From the NCBI GenBank assembly GCA_951406725.2, contig OX597814.1, forward strand, positions 25,854,001-25,918,000: a stretch of DNA of 64,000 bases, given 5' to 3'. Every line of letters begins with the position of its first letter. The stretch's first letter is position 1. The notes under the pieces were generated by a model. The model saw nothing but the letters and a program-made list of their open reading frames with translations. It was not told the DNA's origin and did not search any database. Source of the stretch: Octopus vulgaris. Taxonomy: Eukaryota. The position numbers were made by a program, and so were the translations under genes. This document shows, one piece after another, positions 13,330 to 26,525 of the stretch.

Positions 13330-13930
13330 GTAAATCATCTCTTTAAACTTATTTGTTTTATCTGTATCCTCATCTAATATCACTTCAAGTATGTCTTAAC
13401 TTTAGATCCCTCACAGTAGAACCAACACAAATGTCATCTACTTTGAATTTAGCAAAGCTTTCGACAAAATCGTCCATTGCATTCTGCTGAACAGATTATC
13501 CATCACTGGAATCTGTGGAAAGTTACTGCAGTGGAATAAGTGTTTCATGAAACAAAAAAAGAAAACCCAACAATAGAATTTACTCAAGACCAGCAAAAGT
13601 CATTGGTGTTGTCCTCCAGATTACTTTGCAGGGCCCACTTCTGTATATTATTTACTTACATGACACTGGAAATGTCATCAAACATAGTAAACTAAAGATA
13701 TTTGCAGATGAACCAGAGAGGGAGCACACAACACCAATTCGATGGACTGTGATTTAATGAGTGTAAAAACTATATACTGCTAAATGAGGAAAAATCTAAG
13801 CTCAACCACTTTGGGATAGTGGGGAAGAGAATATATTCAAGCAACAATATTTTCTTCCCTCAGATGACCTTGCAGCATCAAATAATATCTAGCACCTACA
13901 TGTAACTGTGATCAGCAACTGAAACTGAAA
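13330..13930 (+). mobile_element. CR1/L2-group LINE RT fragment (5' part)
   Basis: Translates VIYFEFSKAFDKIVHCILLNRL..GICGKLLQW and GPLLYIIYLHD..KHSKLKIFADE. Confidence 0.75.
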
Positions 13931-13938
13931 TAATATAG

Positions 13939-15258
13939 GAGTCTTAATAAGTAGGAAGGCAAACAAATCACATGTCCCCTCAGGTAGAAAAGGTGTAGAT
14001 AGAAACTTCATAAAATGTACTCGATGTAAGCTATGGACACATAAGAGGTGCAGCAATATCAAAGGAAGGCTAACTAGGAAGATAGTTTTTTTGTGTGGCA
14101 AATGCTCATGGGCAATAAACACTGAAAATGTGCAGAAAATGGCTTCCATCACATGCCAGAGGGAAAAACTAGAAGTAGTTGATAGCTTCCGTTACTTAGG
14201 TGACCAAGTCAGTAGTAGGTAGATGCTCTGAGAGTGTAGCTATTAGAATAAGAATAGCTTAGGCAAAGTTCAGAGAGCAGTTACCTCTGCTGGTGACAAA
14301 GGGCCTCTCACTCAGAGTAAAAGGTAGACTGTATGACACATTTGTGCAAACTGCCATGCTACATGGCAGTGAAATATGGTGCATGACTGCATAAGCTTGC
14401 AAGAAATGAAGCTAGTATGCTCTGTTGGATGTGTAATGTCAGTGGGCATACATGACAGCATGTAAGTGCCCTGAGAGAAAAGTTGGACATAAGAAGCATC
14501 TGATGTGGTGTGCAAGAGAGACAACTGTGCTGGTATGGTCATGTGTTGTGTATGGATGAGGACAGCTGTGTGAAGAAATATCACACCCTAACAGCAGAGA
14601 GAACCTGTGGAAGAGGTAGATCCAAGAAGACCTGCAATGAGGTGGTGAAGCACGACCCTTGAACTCTGGGCCTCACGGAGGCGATGACAAGTGATTGAGG
14701 CCTTTGGAGATATGCTGTGCTTGAGAAGACCCGGCAAGCCAAGTGAGACCAATACCATGGCCTATTCCAGTGCAGTATATTTAAGAGTGCCCTTCAATCA
14801 TTGGGCAATAAACTGTGCTTGCGATGACCTGTTGAGTCAGGTGAAGTCATTTTCATGAAGTCATTTTCAAGTACCACCTGACTGGCACCCGTGCCAGTGG
14901 TACATATAAAGCACCATTCGAGTGTGCTCCTTGTGAGTGCCACCTTGTGAGTGCTCCCTGTGAGTGCCACCCATGCCGGTGGCACATAAAAAGCACTATT
15001 TGAGCATGGTCGATGCCAATACAGTCTGACTTGCCCTCACACCGATGGCATGTAAAAAGCACCCACTACACTCTTGGAGTGGTTGGCATTAGGAAGGGCA
15101 TCCAGCTGTAGAAACTTTGCCAGATCAGATTGGAGCCTGGTGCAGCCCACTGGCTTGCCAGCCCTCAGTCAAACAGTCCAACCCATGCCAGATCCATCAT
15201 CATCATCATGGAAAGTGGACATCAAACGACAATGATGATGATGATGATGATGATGATG
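13939..15258 (+). mobile_element. 5'-truncated RTE LINE (end of RT, C-terminus, 3' UTR, (GAT)n tail)
   Basis: CTRCKLWTHKRCSNIKGRL..LCGKC, VVDSFRYLGDQ, LCWYGHVL; stop near 14743; homologous to 45475-48007. Confidence 0.9.
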
Positions 15259-15457
15259 GATCTGGTAAAATCTCAGCATATTCCTTATGTAGCAATCCCT
15301 ACAAATTCCCATCTATTTACATATTACATATCTAGACTGGTATTTTTATGTAGTCCACTCACACAGGAAATACAGGTATCTACCTCTGCAAGAATGAATG
15401 AATTGATATGTATTTTTGTAGAATAACATATAAGACAAAGACTAACATGAAAATGTC

Positions 15458-15689
15458 AATAGAGCCTAAGTTTTAATGATGGTTACAGTTGATTCAGTAT
15501 TACACTATTTTGAACCACATTACACAAAATGGTTTATAAATTACACAAAACTTGTATAATTATGCTTGGTTGTAAAAGGAATAGAATGAACCATGCGTAA
15601 TTATAGGCATATAATTATTTATGCGTAATGTGATTTCAAGTGAAGTGGTACTGAAATAATTGTAACCAATATTAAATTTATGCTATACT
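15458..15689. repeat. ~230-bp imperfect palindrome (MITE-like)
   Basis: GGTTACAGTTGATTCAGTA..TTGAACCACATTAC..TATAATTATGCTTGGTT pairs with AACCATGCGTAATTATA..GTAATGTGATTTCAA..TACTGAAATAATTGTAACC. Confidence 0.7.
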
Positions 15690-15704
15690 AATAACTTCCT
15701 CTTC

Positions 15705-16260
15705 ATATTCTATATCACATCAACAATAAAGTAGATATGCCCTAAAATGTGTTCATGGATACTTAAAACTTTGCATTCAGAGATCCCAATATCATCATAC
15801 TTTTCTTCTCAATGTTTGCCAGATCTCAGCTTGAATACTGAGGTTTCCTTACACAAAACTATACATTATGAGAATTGAAGAATCCCAGAGATTAGCCATA
15901 GAAAAATTATGAGAGGTCTTGACTATGGAGATATTCATAGTCTCAAAATCTCAAAATCTATTCTTTTCAAGATCATTTTTAAAATCTCAAAATATATTCT
16001 TTTCAAGATCACCTTGCATGCTACATCATTTGTACAATGTTGAAGATATTCCATCTACACAGTTCAAACAATACCAACATCAAATTCACAAGTCATACAA
16101 AGCTCATTACATTACATAACATTGCAACACAGCTTTTTATCTCAACTGGCCCTGCTTTGTTCAAAATTATCTCAAAACAGATATCAAAGCAATAAAAAAA
16201 CTCATAACATTAAAATGTTAACCAGGCAAATCTCTTTAAGAAATAATAGACAGGGATATA
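15705..16260 (+). mobile_element. CR1/L2-group LINE, 3' continuation of 13330-13930
   Basis: WILKT..RDPNIIILFFSMFARSQLEY* is the expected post-RT CR1 segment. Confidence 0.6.
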
Positions 16261-16308
16261 TTTCAGCAAACAGCAGCCTTCTCTAATGACTATGGTATCT
16301 CAAAACAT

Positions 16309-16377
16309 AATACAATTGTTTCAGCTTCAATATACAGTCTCAGATGAAGTCACAGTTGCTGGATAAAAATGTCCAAC
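16309..16377 (+). repeat. ~70-bp dispersed repeat (second copy 22860-22928)
   Basis: AATACAATTGTTTCAG(C/T)TTCAATATACAGTCTCAGATGAAGTCACAGTTGCTGGATAAAAATGTCCAAC in both places. Confidence 0.9.
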
Positions 16378-16529
16378 TCTGTATGTATATATATATATAA
16401 TATATTAGGATTCAGGTGAATCAGGCACTGAAATGGTAAGGCATTGGGTCAGGTCCAATTTAAAATACTCAGCAACTATAGATGAATACAAACGTCGGTA
16501 TTGAATTATGTATACAATTAATTAAACCC

Positions 16530-17668
16530 TATTGAGTATATTACTAGCCCCTCTTTATCTTGGTACATACAGTCTGTCTGTGTCACTTTTTGGGTGGAGT
16601 GTCCCATATCTAGTCAGCAACTTCCTTGTCTTTCTGTCTAAGCTGTTTAGTTCATCTACTGTCCATGCAATTACCCCTGCTCCATATCTAAGGAGTGAAA
16701 CCGCCCAGGTGTTGATAGCTTCAATCTTATTCTGTCTGTTTAATTTCGACTTAAGGATAAGTCTCAGTCTGTGCAAGTACTCCACCTTAAATTTTTCTGT
16801 CATTTCTTTCTCCATCAATTTATCCAAAATCCAAAAGTACTCATAGCCTGTCTCTTCTATCTGCTTCATAACCTCCCCCAACAGTATGGTTAGCCCATCC
16901 ATACATTTGACTTTGCCTTTCTTCAAGACTAACACACCACACTTTCTCAGTCCAAACTCCATTCTGATATCAGCACTGAAAGTATACAACCAGGGAACTG
17001 ACTTGGGTTTCATCTTTACCATAAAGTTTGAGGTCATCCATGAATAATAAATTGTTGACTTTTTGTTGGCGGCTTTTGAATACATACCCAGCTTTTGCTT
17101 TCCTCTGAATCAGTGTTAGTGATATCAAGCACAGTACAAAGATCAGTGGGGACAGGTAGTACAGGTAGTCCCCTTGGAAGATGCCCCTCCTGATTTCTAC
17201 TGTCCCTAAACTTCTTCCATATGCTGTCAGGTCCGTCCTCCAACTTGCCATACTTTTTCCAAGCAATCACTCTACATTCAATGCAATACCAAATAGCTTC
17301 ATATATTCCATAATCCAAGAATGTGGGATCATACTGTACTTCTTATGATAGCCGATCCATGACATGGCTAAGTTACTTTTCTTCCTCTTGCAGTCTCTAA
17401 GTACAGTTGATCCTTGGGACCTCTGCACTTACACTTGCAACTCTTCTGCTCATGTGGCAGGACACCATTTTTCCCAGATGTTTGTACATTGACTCCACGA
17501 GTATTCCAGTCAATAATTTCTACATAAGTGGCAAACAGGATATCGGCCTGTAATTGTTTTTTGATGTTTTTCATGCACTGCACTGTTCTACCCAATGTCA
17601 AACACTCTGGTGTTACTTGGTTGGCATTTAACAAGGTGTTGAGTTGCAGTTCTGTGGCATTTTTTACA
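16530..17668 (-). mobile_element. R4/Dong-clade non-LTR retrotransposon RT fragment (pseudogene)
   Basis: IRRGIFQGD..LSPLIF, NNLLFMDDLKLY, DIRMEFGLRKC, NKIEAINTWAV, LHPKSDTDRLYVPR in ORFs 16555-17730; 5' end abuts a (TAA)n tract. Confidence 0.9.
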
Positions 17669-18035
17669 TTATTATTATTATTATCATTATTATCATTATT
17701 ATTATTATCATTCATTATTATTATTATCATTGAGTGAGAGAGCTGTGCATGCCATCAAAGTGACACTGGGGTAAAATATACAAAGCCAAGTATACCCATC
17801 ATAACTACCTGTCTGATAAGGGTACACTAGGCACATGCATCACGACCATATGTGCGCGACATGGTGATCTCATATCAAGATAAACAGCACATGACCTTGC
17901 AGGTGGGGCCCAGTTAGAATTTTCTTCTGGTCGAGTAACCCATCCCACTCAAAAGGTCCCTGAATAAGGGTTGTTTAAGGATGTTGAACGAAACACCTAT
18001 GTTTCCAGAGGTGAGATATTCAAACCCCAAAGTAT
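17669..18035 (-). mobile_element. SINE-like element 3' part with (TAA)n tail
   Basis: GC-richer non-coding block ending ..GGCATGCACAGCTCTCTCACTCAATGATAATAAT on the minus strand; family not identified. Confidence 0.55.
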
Positions 18036-18057
18036 GATGCTCCCCCACTACTTCTGC

Positions 18058-18090
18058 TACTTATTATTACTATTGTTGTTGTTGTTGTTG

Positions 18091-18124
<34 letters not shown>

Positions 18125-18180
18125 GATCATCATCATCATTATGATCATCATCATCATCATCATCATTATTGGATGATAAT
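18058..18180. repeat. (TAT)n/(GTT)n/(CAT)n trinucleotide array
   Basis: Direct reading. Confidence 0.9.
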
Positions 18181-18470
18181 GTGTGTGAGAATATACGTGC
18201 ATTTGTGTGTGTGTATGGTGTAATGTCCTTTGAAGCCACATGTTCTATTACAAATGTTGTATTTCTCAGAATATTAATGTCTCTTTTAATGATATGGGTT
18301 AGTAAATTTTATTTTTTTTCTCTTTTTGTCAGACTATTTCTGCTGTTGGAGATAGTATTAATAACTATTGCAATTCTCTACTTAAATCTTGCTATATCCA
18401 CTGGCATTACATTTTCATATAACTGCCATCATTCATAGTTAATGTTACAAATGACTGTTACAACAAAATA

Positions 18471-18508
<38 letters not shown>

Positions 18509-18569
18509 GGAAAGATACATATATGTGTAGATATATACATATATATTTTAATATAGATAGATATAGATA

Positions 18570-18637
<68 letters not shown>

Positions 18638-19240
18638 ACCATAATGTACATATACAGGCATACAAAATCGTGTGTATGCATGTGTATTTATGTACATATA
18701 TACACACACATATATGCATGCATGTATAATACATATATATATATATATATTGGCAATGAGTGAACAAATGAACATAGTGAAAAAAGACCAATGAAAATGA
18801 ATATGAAATATTTAAAATCTTTCACATTGAAAGTAACAATATTTGATAATTATGTCATCTTTGTACTTTCTTGCTGTCATTTATATCAAATTAGCTCTGG
18901 TTAAAAGAATGCTGTTGCTAAGCCAGTTATTAGTTTGCCTATGTATGCCATCGTCACATATAATATTCTGACCTTGGCAGCAGCTTTCTGGTAAGATATG
19001 CTTATACTGACACCGTACATATGAATCTAGATACCATTAAGAACAAGTTCTGTAACGATACCTACTTGAAAAGCCTTTCATTTCTTTTTACTATTTCAAC
19101 ACCTCAAGACATATATAGATACATACATACATATGTATATATGTGTATGTATATATATGTATGTATGTATATGTAATATATATATTTGTGTATACACGTG
19201 TATATATGTTAATGTGTGTATATGCATATATATTAATATG

Positions 19241-19284
<44 letters not shown>

Positions 19285-19364
19285 TACATACATATATAAA
19301 TGTATATATAATATACATGTATGTGTGCACATCTGTATGTATGTGAATATGTGTGTGTGTGAAA

Positions 19365-19412
<48 letters not shown>

Positions 19413-20200
19413 ACACACACATATTAATGAGATATATACCAGAATGTAGTGAATTGCATTAATTACAACTATTTTCAAAAGCTGCTAGAAATAAATAAAT
19501 GAAAAACTAAATCAATAAATAATAGAAAATAAATTCAGAAATAGGATAGTATCATGATTAATTTATAAAATGCAAGCGTGAAAAATAAACAGATTTATCA
19601 AAGTTAGATGATGGCAAGAATTTTTTTGTTTTTAAATATCAGTATATTTCCCACATTTTCTAGCAGTTATCTTCATTTGCTTCACAGATAGATTATAGCA
19701 CCTTTATTATACTTCAAAGTATAAACTTGCTAAAATAGTTTAGGTAGAGAAATGATAGAGGAGACTAAATGATTTATTGTTTACTGAAGTACATACAGTT
19801 TAGTTTAAAGTTAGCTCTCTCCATTTTTACAAATATTCTTTCAAATACATATGTATGAAAACTTTGCCCCAGAGTGAATGCAGCTCGGAAACAGTGATCT
19901 TAAAGAAATTATGGTAATAAATAATTCATTCTGCAGAACTATATATCTTCACGTATAGTAATTACTTTAGCCATATGTAAAGATAAATAGTAGTTTGAAA
20001 ACATCTAAATAAAAAATATAAAATAATAATGAGCTTATTGTAAAACAGTGTTCAGGTGACCTACATCAAAGAAGAGACAGATTGCAACAATTAGTCAAGT
20101 CAAGAAAAACTGCAGTAGTAGTCAAAACAGAATAAAACACAAAACAAAGGAAAAGTGAACAGTAATGGAGCCAGAAATAGGATAGGGTACATCAGAAATA

Positions 20201-20414
20201 TTCTTTTCTACTCTAGGCACAAGGCCCAAAATTTCTGGGAGGGGGGGCAGTCAATTAGATTGACCCCAGTATGCAACTGGTACTTAATTTATCGACTCCA
20301 AGGATGAAAGGCAAAGTCGACCTTGGCGAAATTTGAACTCAGAACATAAAGACAGATGAAAAACTGCTAAGCATTTCACCCGGCATGCTAACGTTTCTGC
20401 CAGTTCGCTACCTT
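20201..20414 (-). mobile_element. SINE family A
   Basis: Full copy; imperfect TSD GTACATC(A)GAA(A/G)TATT. Confidence 0.85.
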
Positions 20415-20431
20415 AGTACATCGAAGTATTA

Positions 20432-20655
20432 CAACTAGTGTACAATGTCATGACAAGGAGATATAAACACACACACACATACACAAACATGCACACATGT
20501 ATATGACAGCATACAGTTTATGTCTAACAAATCCACTCAGAAGGTTCTGTTTGGCTCAGAACTATAGTAGATGACATAAAAGTGTCTTAAACAAGGGACT
20601 GAACCCAGAACTACGTGGTTGGATGGAAAACTCTTAACCATACAGCCATGGCTGC
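20432..20655 (-). mobile_element. SINE family B, 5' half
   Basis: GGGACTGAACCCAGAAC..CTCTTAACCATACAGCCATG head plus CA repeat. Confidence 0.7.
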
Positions 20656-20886
20656 ACTGCTATATATCCATGCCTGCTAACATAATCATAAATTGAAATA
20701 CTGTGATCATGATTGACCTAGGTAGCAGGAATACAGTATAGTTAGCATTTCATTAACTTACAGTGATGAATTAAAATACTCTTTGATGTTGTGAGTGAAG
20801 AAAGGTATACCACTCCTTGATATTATCCTCTTGTAATCCATCCTGAAAATTGCCTCGTCTCTCCATATGAATAATAACAACATTAA

Positions 20887-21097
20887 CCCTTTAGTAATTC
20901 TGTCAATTATAATGTTTATTTATTTAAAATGTTTTGAATTAATCTTGCATTATCTCATAGCTTTGAGATTTGAATGATGAGAATGTTACTTATAGAATGA
21001 CATTCTAGGATAGGTATGAGAGGTTGAATCTGGCCAGTTTGAACTTAAAATGAGTAGAATGTTTTGGCTGGATATGGCCAGTTTAAATGCTTAAGGG
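20887..21097. mobile_element. piggyBac-type MITE
   Basis: TTAA|CCCTTTAGTAATT ... AATGCTTAAGGG|TTAC: short TIRs and a TTAA-like target. Confidence 0.7.
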
Positions 21098-21489
21098 TTA
21101 CTGGTAACAATAACAACTGGTTACAGTAGAAAGATTACAAGTTACAAATGAAAAAAGTAAGGGAAACTGGAAATAGGAACATAGGACTTTTATAAAAAAT
21201 GTGATTTTGTAGTAACAGTACAGTAGAGATACCACAATCAATTGACATCTTAAAAGACCTTGAGCATTGCTTCTTTTTAAATATTGCTGTAAAAGTTTCT
21301 TATCATTTCTTGCCACTCTCTGTAGATTTTAGCGAATTATCTTTGCTCATAACAAGTGAACAGATATCATTTCAGTATTTGAAAAGTCAACCAATTATTT
21401 GACCAGCAACCCTAAGCACCTCTGACAGTCTACCCAACAAAAGAAATTGATAATGCTGATCAATTATTTCAGTGGTAGTATGTCAAATA

Positions 21490-21704
21490 ATCTTTTCTAC
21501 TATAAGCACGAGGCCTGAAATTTGGGGGGAAGGACTGGTCGATTTACATTGACCTCAGTTCTCAACTAGTACTTATTTTATCAACCTCAAAGGGTGAAAG
21601 GCAAAGTCAACCTCAGTAGAATTTGAACTCAGAATGTAAAGATGGACGAAATACTGCCAAGCATTTTGCCCGGTTTGCTAACGATCCTACCAGCTTGCCA
21701 CCTT
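21490..21704 (-). mobile_element. SINE family A
   Basis: Colinear with 41498-41710. Confidence 0.8.
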
Positions 21705-23001
21705 ATGAACAATTTCCATTTGCTATTTTCATTTATTTATTCAGTTTAGTAGTGGTTATGCTCCTATCCTTGTGCTTATAGTTCCCACATCTTTTCATTA
21801 TTAATTTTTTTCATTTTATCCATATGACAAATTTACAAATTCAAATACTTTCAGAATAATATAAACTGTTTACTCTTTCCATCAGAATCCAAAAAAACCT
21901 GCACTGCACTACATGACTCATAGAAAGAAACTATGTGTGGTTATACAACCTGCAAAATATTGCAGTCAAATTTCCTTGCTTAAGAAAGAAAGATATTTCA
22001 CTCCTTCAGTTTTGTAATATAATTAATTGTATAAAGCCGTGTATAAATATTCAAAAAGATGTCATGATTATGACTGGGATGCCTTTTGATTATAAGTTTT
22101 CTTTATCAAGACTGAGCTGGTGTTAAACAACAATAATTTAGCCCCTCTCCTTTTCTTAGCTATTAATAGAGGCAAAATAGTCAGAAAAATAAACTAGTGG
22201 ATTGCCAGCTAATGGTTAAAATATTTATATCCGATAACAGTATGATATTTCTACTGCTCAATATATTGACTTCTACTTTCTACAATTTATATATTTGAAA
22301 TGTTTATCTGGAATTAACACTTCTCTGACACATCCACTATTGATGGTATCCCTAGTGATGTAAGAGTTATTATTATACTTACTACATCTAATATAGTAAG
22401 CATAGTAAAGATAATATAATTATATGGTGATACAATTATGTGATAAGGAAAAATAAAATTTCCTCAGTGACTAATTATAGTTAATATAATTCTACTTGTC
22501 ACAATATGTGGTCAAGTGTTATTCTTTTAATAAATTTTACTACGGAATGAAACTGAAGCCATTATCAAAATTAAGTTAAAATGTTACACTTTAGACAGTC
22601 ATGACTAAGGAACAAATTCAAAGACCGAATTAAAATCTTTAACACATTGAAATAAATTTGTACATTCAAATAATAGTAATATATATATAGTGTAAGCATC
22701 ATTTCAGTCATTTAAGAATATACAAAAGCTATTACATTCACATTTTGTTTATTTTTGGTTAGTTTATGACTAGTACTATTACATACTGTCTTTTATTAAT
22801 CGACTGCCCAGTTAAGTAACATAACAGTTTTGTATTCTTAAATGGTTAAGAGGACTCATAATACAATTGTTTCAGTTTCAATATACAGTCTCAGATGAAG
22901 TCACAGTTGCTGGATAAAAATGTCCAACATTGAAATATTTTTATATATATTATGTGTGTGTGAATACACATATATATGTTTATGTTTACATGTTAGCTTA
23001 C

Positions 23002-23035
<34 letters not shown>

Positions 23036-23040
23036 ATATA

Positions 23041-23289
23041 TATTGTATAAAGGATTGTGGGTGAGGCCAGGACAATGCAAAGTAAATGCAAGGCAAATCA
23101 CAAGAGAAAACAAATATATGAATTAATGTAGACTTACCTTGCATTCAATACTTCGGGGTTATGACCTCATTTTCAAGAAATTAATGAATGCAAGGTATGT
23201 CTACATTAATTCATATATTTGCTTTCTTGTGATTTGCCTTGCATTTACTTCACATTGTTTTGGTCTTACCCACGATTGTTTACACAATA
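23041..23289. repeat. Long inverted repeat, ~107-bp arms and ~36-nt spacer
   Basis: 23041-23147 vs reverse complement of 23185-23289, inner ~65 bp nearly perfect; flanked by TA/TG repeats. Confidence 0.95.
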
Positions 23290-25324
23290 TATTCTACACA
23301 ATGCTCGACTAGATAAAATTGTCTTGTCCTTTGCAAGACTAAAATGCATTCCCTACTCTATATTAACACCTTTCATTCAGGACACAAACATGATAGAGGA
23401 TGAACGGATGACAGATTGATAATCAAGAGTGTGAAAGAAGAGATAATATGAGTACAATATAGGTGACATAGCAGTAGGTGGGGAGGCTAATAGTGTCAGG
23501 GGATTTAATAGAAAAATAGTGTGAGTACTATAATGAGATAGCTATAAAAATGGCTTAGAATAGGAGAAAGAGAATGGATGATGGATACCAATTGAGATGA
23601 GTACTGGTCAAAGTGGTAAATATCAAGGAAGAGTGATATAGGAGAAGGTAACTGGTGGCTAGCAGTAAAGCAGTGTCAGGGCATGGGCACTGATTATAGA
23701 CAGCTCCAGTGCTTTCCTTTGTAACATAGGTGTCATGATGGAAGAGGGATAGAATGGTAATGGGTGAAGGGATTGAGAGACAGATCAAATGGCATCCCTT
23801 ATTAGGCTGGCAACTTGGTACAGTGAAAAGAAGGGGGTTGAGTGAAGAAGGAGAGTAATAGACAGGGCAGAAGGTGGAAACTTAGCTGGAACATAATGTA
23901 ATATGTAATATGATACATAGACAATTGCATACACACACACACACGAAATTCAATCACTACCACTTTTTTTGTCCATTTTGCCTTTATTGCATCAACGATC
24001 TTAAATAAATGTATCTTGTGCCAGATTCTTGTCATTTCCTTGTGAGATTCAGCTTCTTGAGATCAGTTTTCACCTTTTCATCTCATGCATTCTGTAGAAG
24101 CCTCCACTCCAATCACTTGGCAGTTCTTCATACTAAATCGTATGAAGTAGATTTTATACATTTACTTAAAAGCTGAAGCTTCACTCTACCACTACTCAGG
24201 AGTCTGCATTTCTGCTTCCAAAAGGAGTGAAAAATGAAAATGGAAAACTCTGAGTAATGACAAAGAGAAGGTACAACTCTGAATAAATTTTAAGTATAAT
24301 GATAGAAAATTAACAAAAGGTGAGTAGTTTGAGCTGTAAATAGGTGAAGAGATAATCAAACTATTCAGTAAATAAGTTGACAGGTAGAAAGACAGAGAGT
24401 TAAAGTTAAATTGTATTAAAGACAGAAAGTTTTATATGTATGCTAATTGGTTTGTAAGTTTGGAAGTTCTTGGTGAAACATTGAATTAGTTTAGATTTTA
24501 TTGCAATAGAATTTAATATGTCTCTTGAGGTTAGCTCTATTGCTACTATAATTGCCTGTATTAGATATTCTGTGAATGCAGCTGATATATAGTCTTCGTT
24601 ATCTCTTCATTCCATACAATACACAGGAAAATCTCCTCTCAAATCAACTCTCTCTCCTTTTCTTTGAAGAATAAGTGTAGAACTATCCGGTCCAGGATGT
24701 AATCTCACACTTTCTTCTCAGTGATATTCTTTTGAAGAATTCAACTTCATCAGCAGTTTAAAATGAATATCAAAGAAAATTTATCTTATAACTAAGAGAT
24801 ATGTCACTCCTGGGGGTCTCATAATATAGTTTCATCTCTAATGAGTGTGTTAACATTTGAACAAATATTAAGCCACTTTATTCGATTTCTAAATTGAGCA
24901 TAACATATGTATTATTAAAGCATCTTTTATCAAGTGGCTTAAGAATATCCTTTCATATTATTTTCTTAGAAACCAGACAAATACCTTCTTACTGTCTCTC
25001 TCACTCACTAAGACCCTATACAAAACATTTTGCTAAATCCTTCTTCTTCTTCAGAAATATACCCCACTGGAATTTCTTACTTGCTTGTCATAAATTCAGA
25101 TTTTACAGTTATTACATCAACATTACTCAATTTGCAAATGATTGAGATGGCATCCCAATGAGCACTACTTTATATTTTCCAACTAAGCAATAAAAATCTA
25201 GATACATGTATTTATTTATATTAGAATTTGTGTCTGCATAAAGAGGGAAAATATCAAACTCAATGAAAGTAAGAATATAATATAAAAATACAGTGTTCCT
25301 AATAGAAACATTTATTATGCATGC

Positions 25325-25450
25325 AAGAATATGTATTTGTGTGTGTATGTATGTGAGAGAGAGAGAGTGTGTGTGTGAGAGAGAGAGAGAGAGAGAAAGT
25401 GTGTGTGTGAGAGAGAGAGAAAGTGTGTGCGTGTGTGAGTGAAAGAGAAA

Positions 25451-25491
<41 letters not shown>

Positions 25492-25540
25492 AGTGTGTGT
25501 ATGTGAGAGAGAGAGATAGAGAGTGAGAAAGTGTGTGTGG

Positions 25541-25611
<71 letters not shown>

Positions 25612-25625
25612 AGTGTGTGTGTGTT
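25325..25625. repeat. Compound (GA)n/(GT)n array with recurring GAGAAAGTGTGT unit
   Basis: Direct reading. Confidence 0.9.
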
Positions 25626-26233
25626 GATGAAAATAAATTATTTCTCAGTCAGAGACAAGGTCTATTGTTTATGGTAAATGTCTCGTGCTGATTAAGTAAC
25701 TTTTGCTATTTAATTATGTCAGTGTGACTGAGAGACAAGAAAAGAGAAACCATTATTATTTGTCTCTTATGTTTTTATTATGTTATATTTATAATTTCAT
25801 TTTGATGTTAGAAAGACATTAAATAAGTTTAAGAAAAGAATATTAGGAATCAAAAGAAAACTGTTTTGGTCCATTGTTCTTCTATTATGATTCTATTCAT
25901 ATCTAGTGTGCATTGCAGTCACACCCAGTACCTGATTGGTACTTTATTTTATTGGAGGGATATAAGGTAATGGTGATCTCAGTGAGATTTGAACTCAGAA
26001 CATAAATGGCTGTAATTAAGTACCATGTTGCACTTTATTCAATGCCCTAATCATTCTACCAATCTATATAACCTTCATCTCGCAGAGTACACAGTAATCC
26101 TGTATGTTAGCATGTCTTTTATGCACAGCTGTTGCTGCATTTGAGGATACTGTTGATGTTGTTCAACCCTTGGTCAATGCTAACTGAGCAGTCCTATGAT
26201 CAAAGGAATTACAGCTATGACCACCCTATCACC

Positions 26234-26525
26234 ATCATCATCATCATCATTTAACATCCACTTTCCATGCTAGCATAGGTTGGATGGTTTAACAGAGGTC
26301 TGGCAAACCAGATGGCTGTACCAGGCTCCAGTCTTGATCTGGCAGAGTCTCTACAGCTGGATGCCCTTCCTAATGCCAACCACTCCAAGAGTGTAGTGGG
26401 TGCTTTTACATGCCACCAGCACGGGGGCCAGTCAGGCAGTACTGGCAACAGCCTCTCTCGAATCTTTTTACACATGCCAATGGCACAGGTGCCCGTAAGG
26501 CGATGTGCCAATGGCACAGGTGCCA
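26234..26525 (-). mobile_element. RTE LINE 3' UTR fragment
   Basis: (CAT)n TTTAACATCCACTTTCCATGCTAGC..GGATGCCCTTCCTAATGCCAACCACTCC. Confidence 0.85.
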
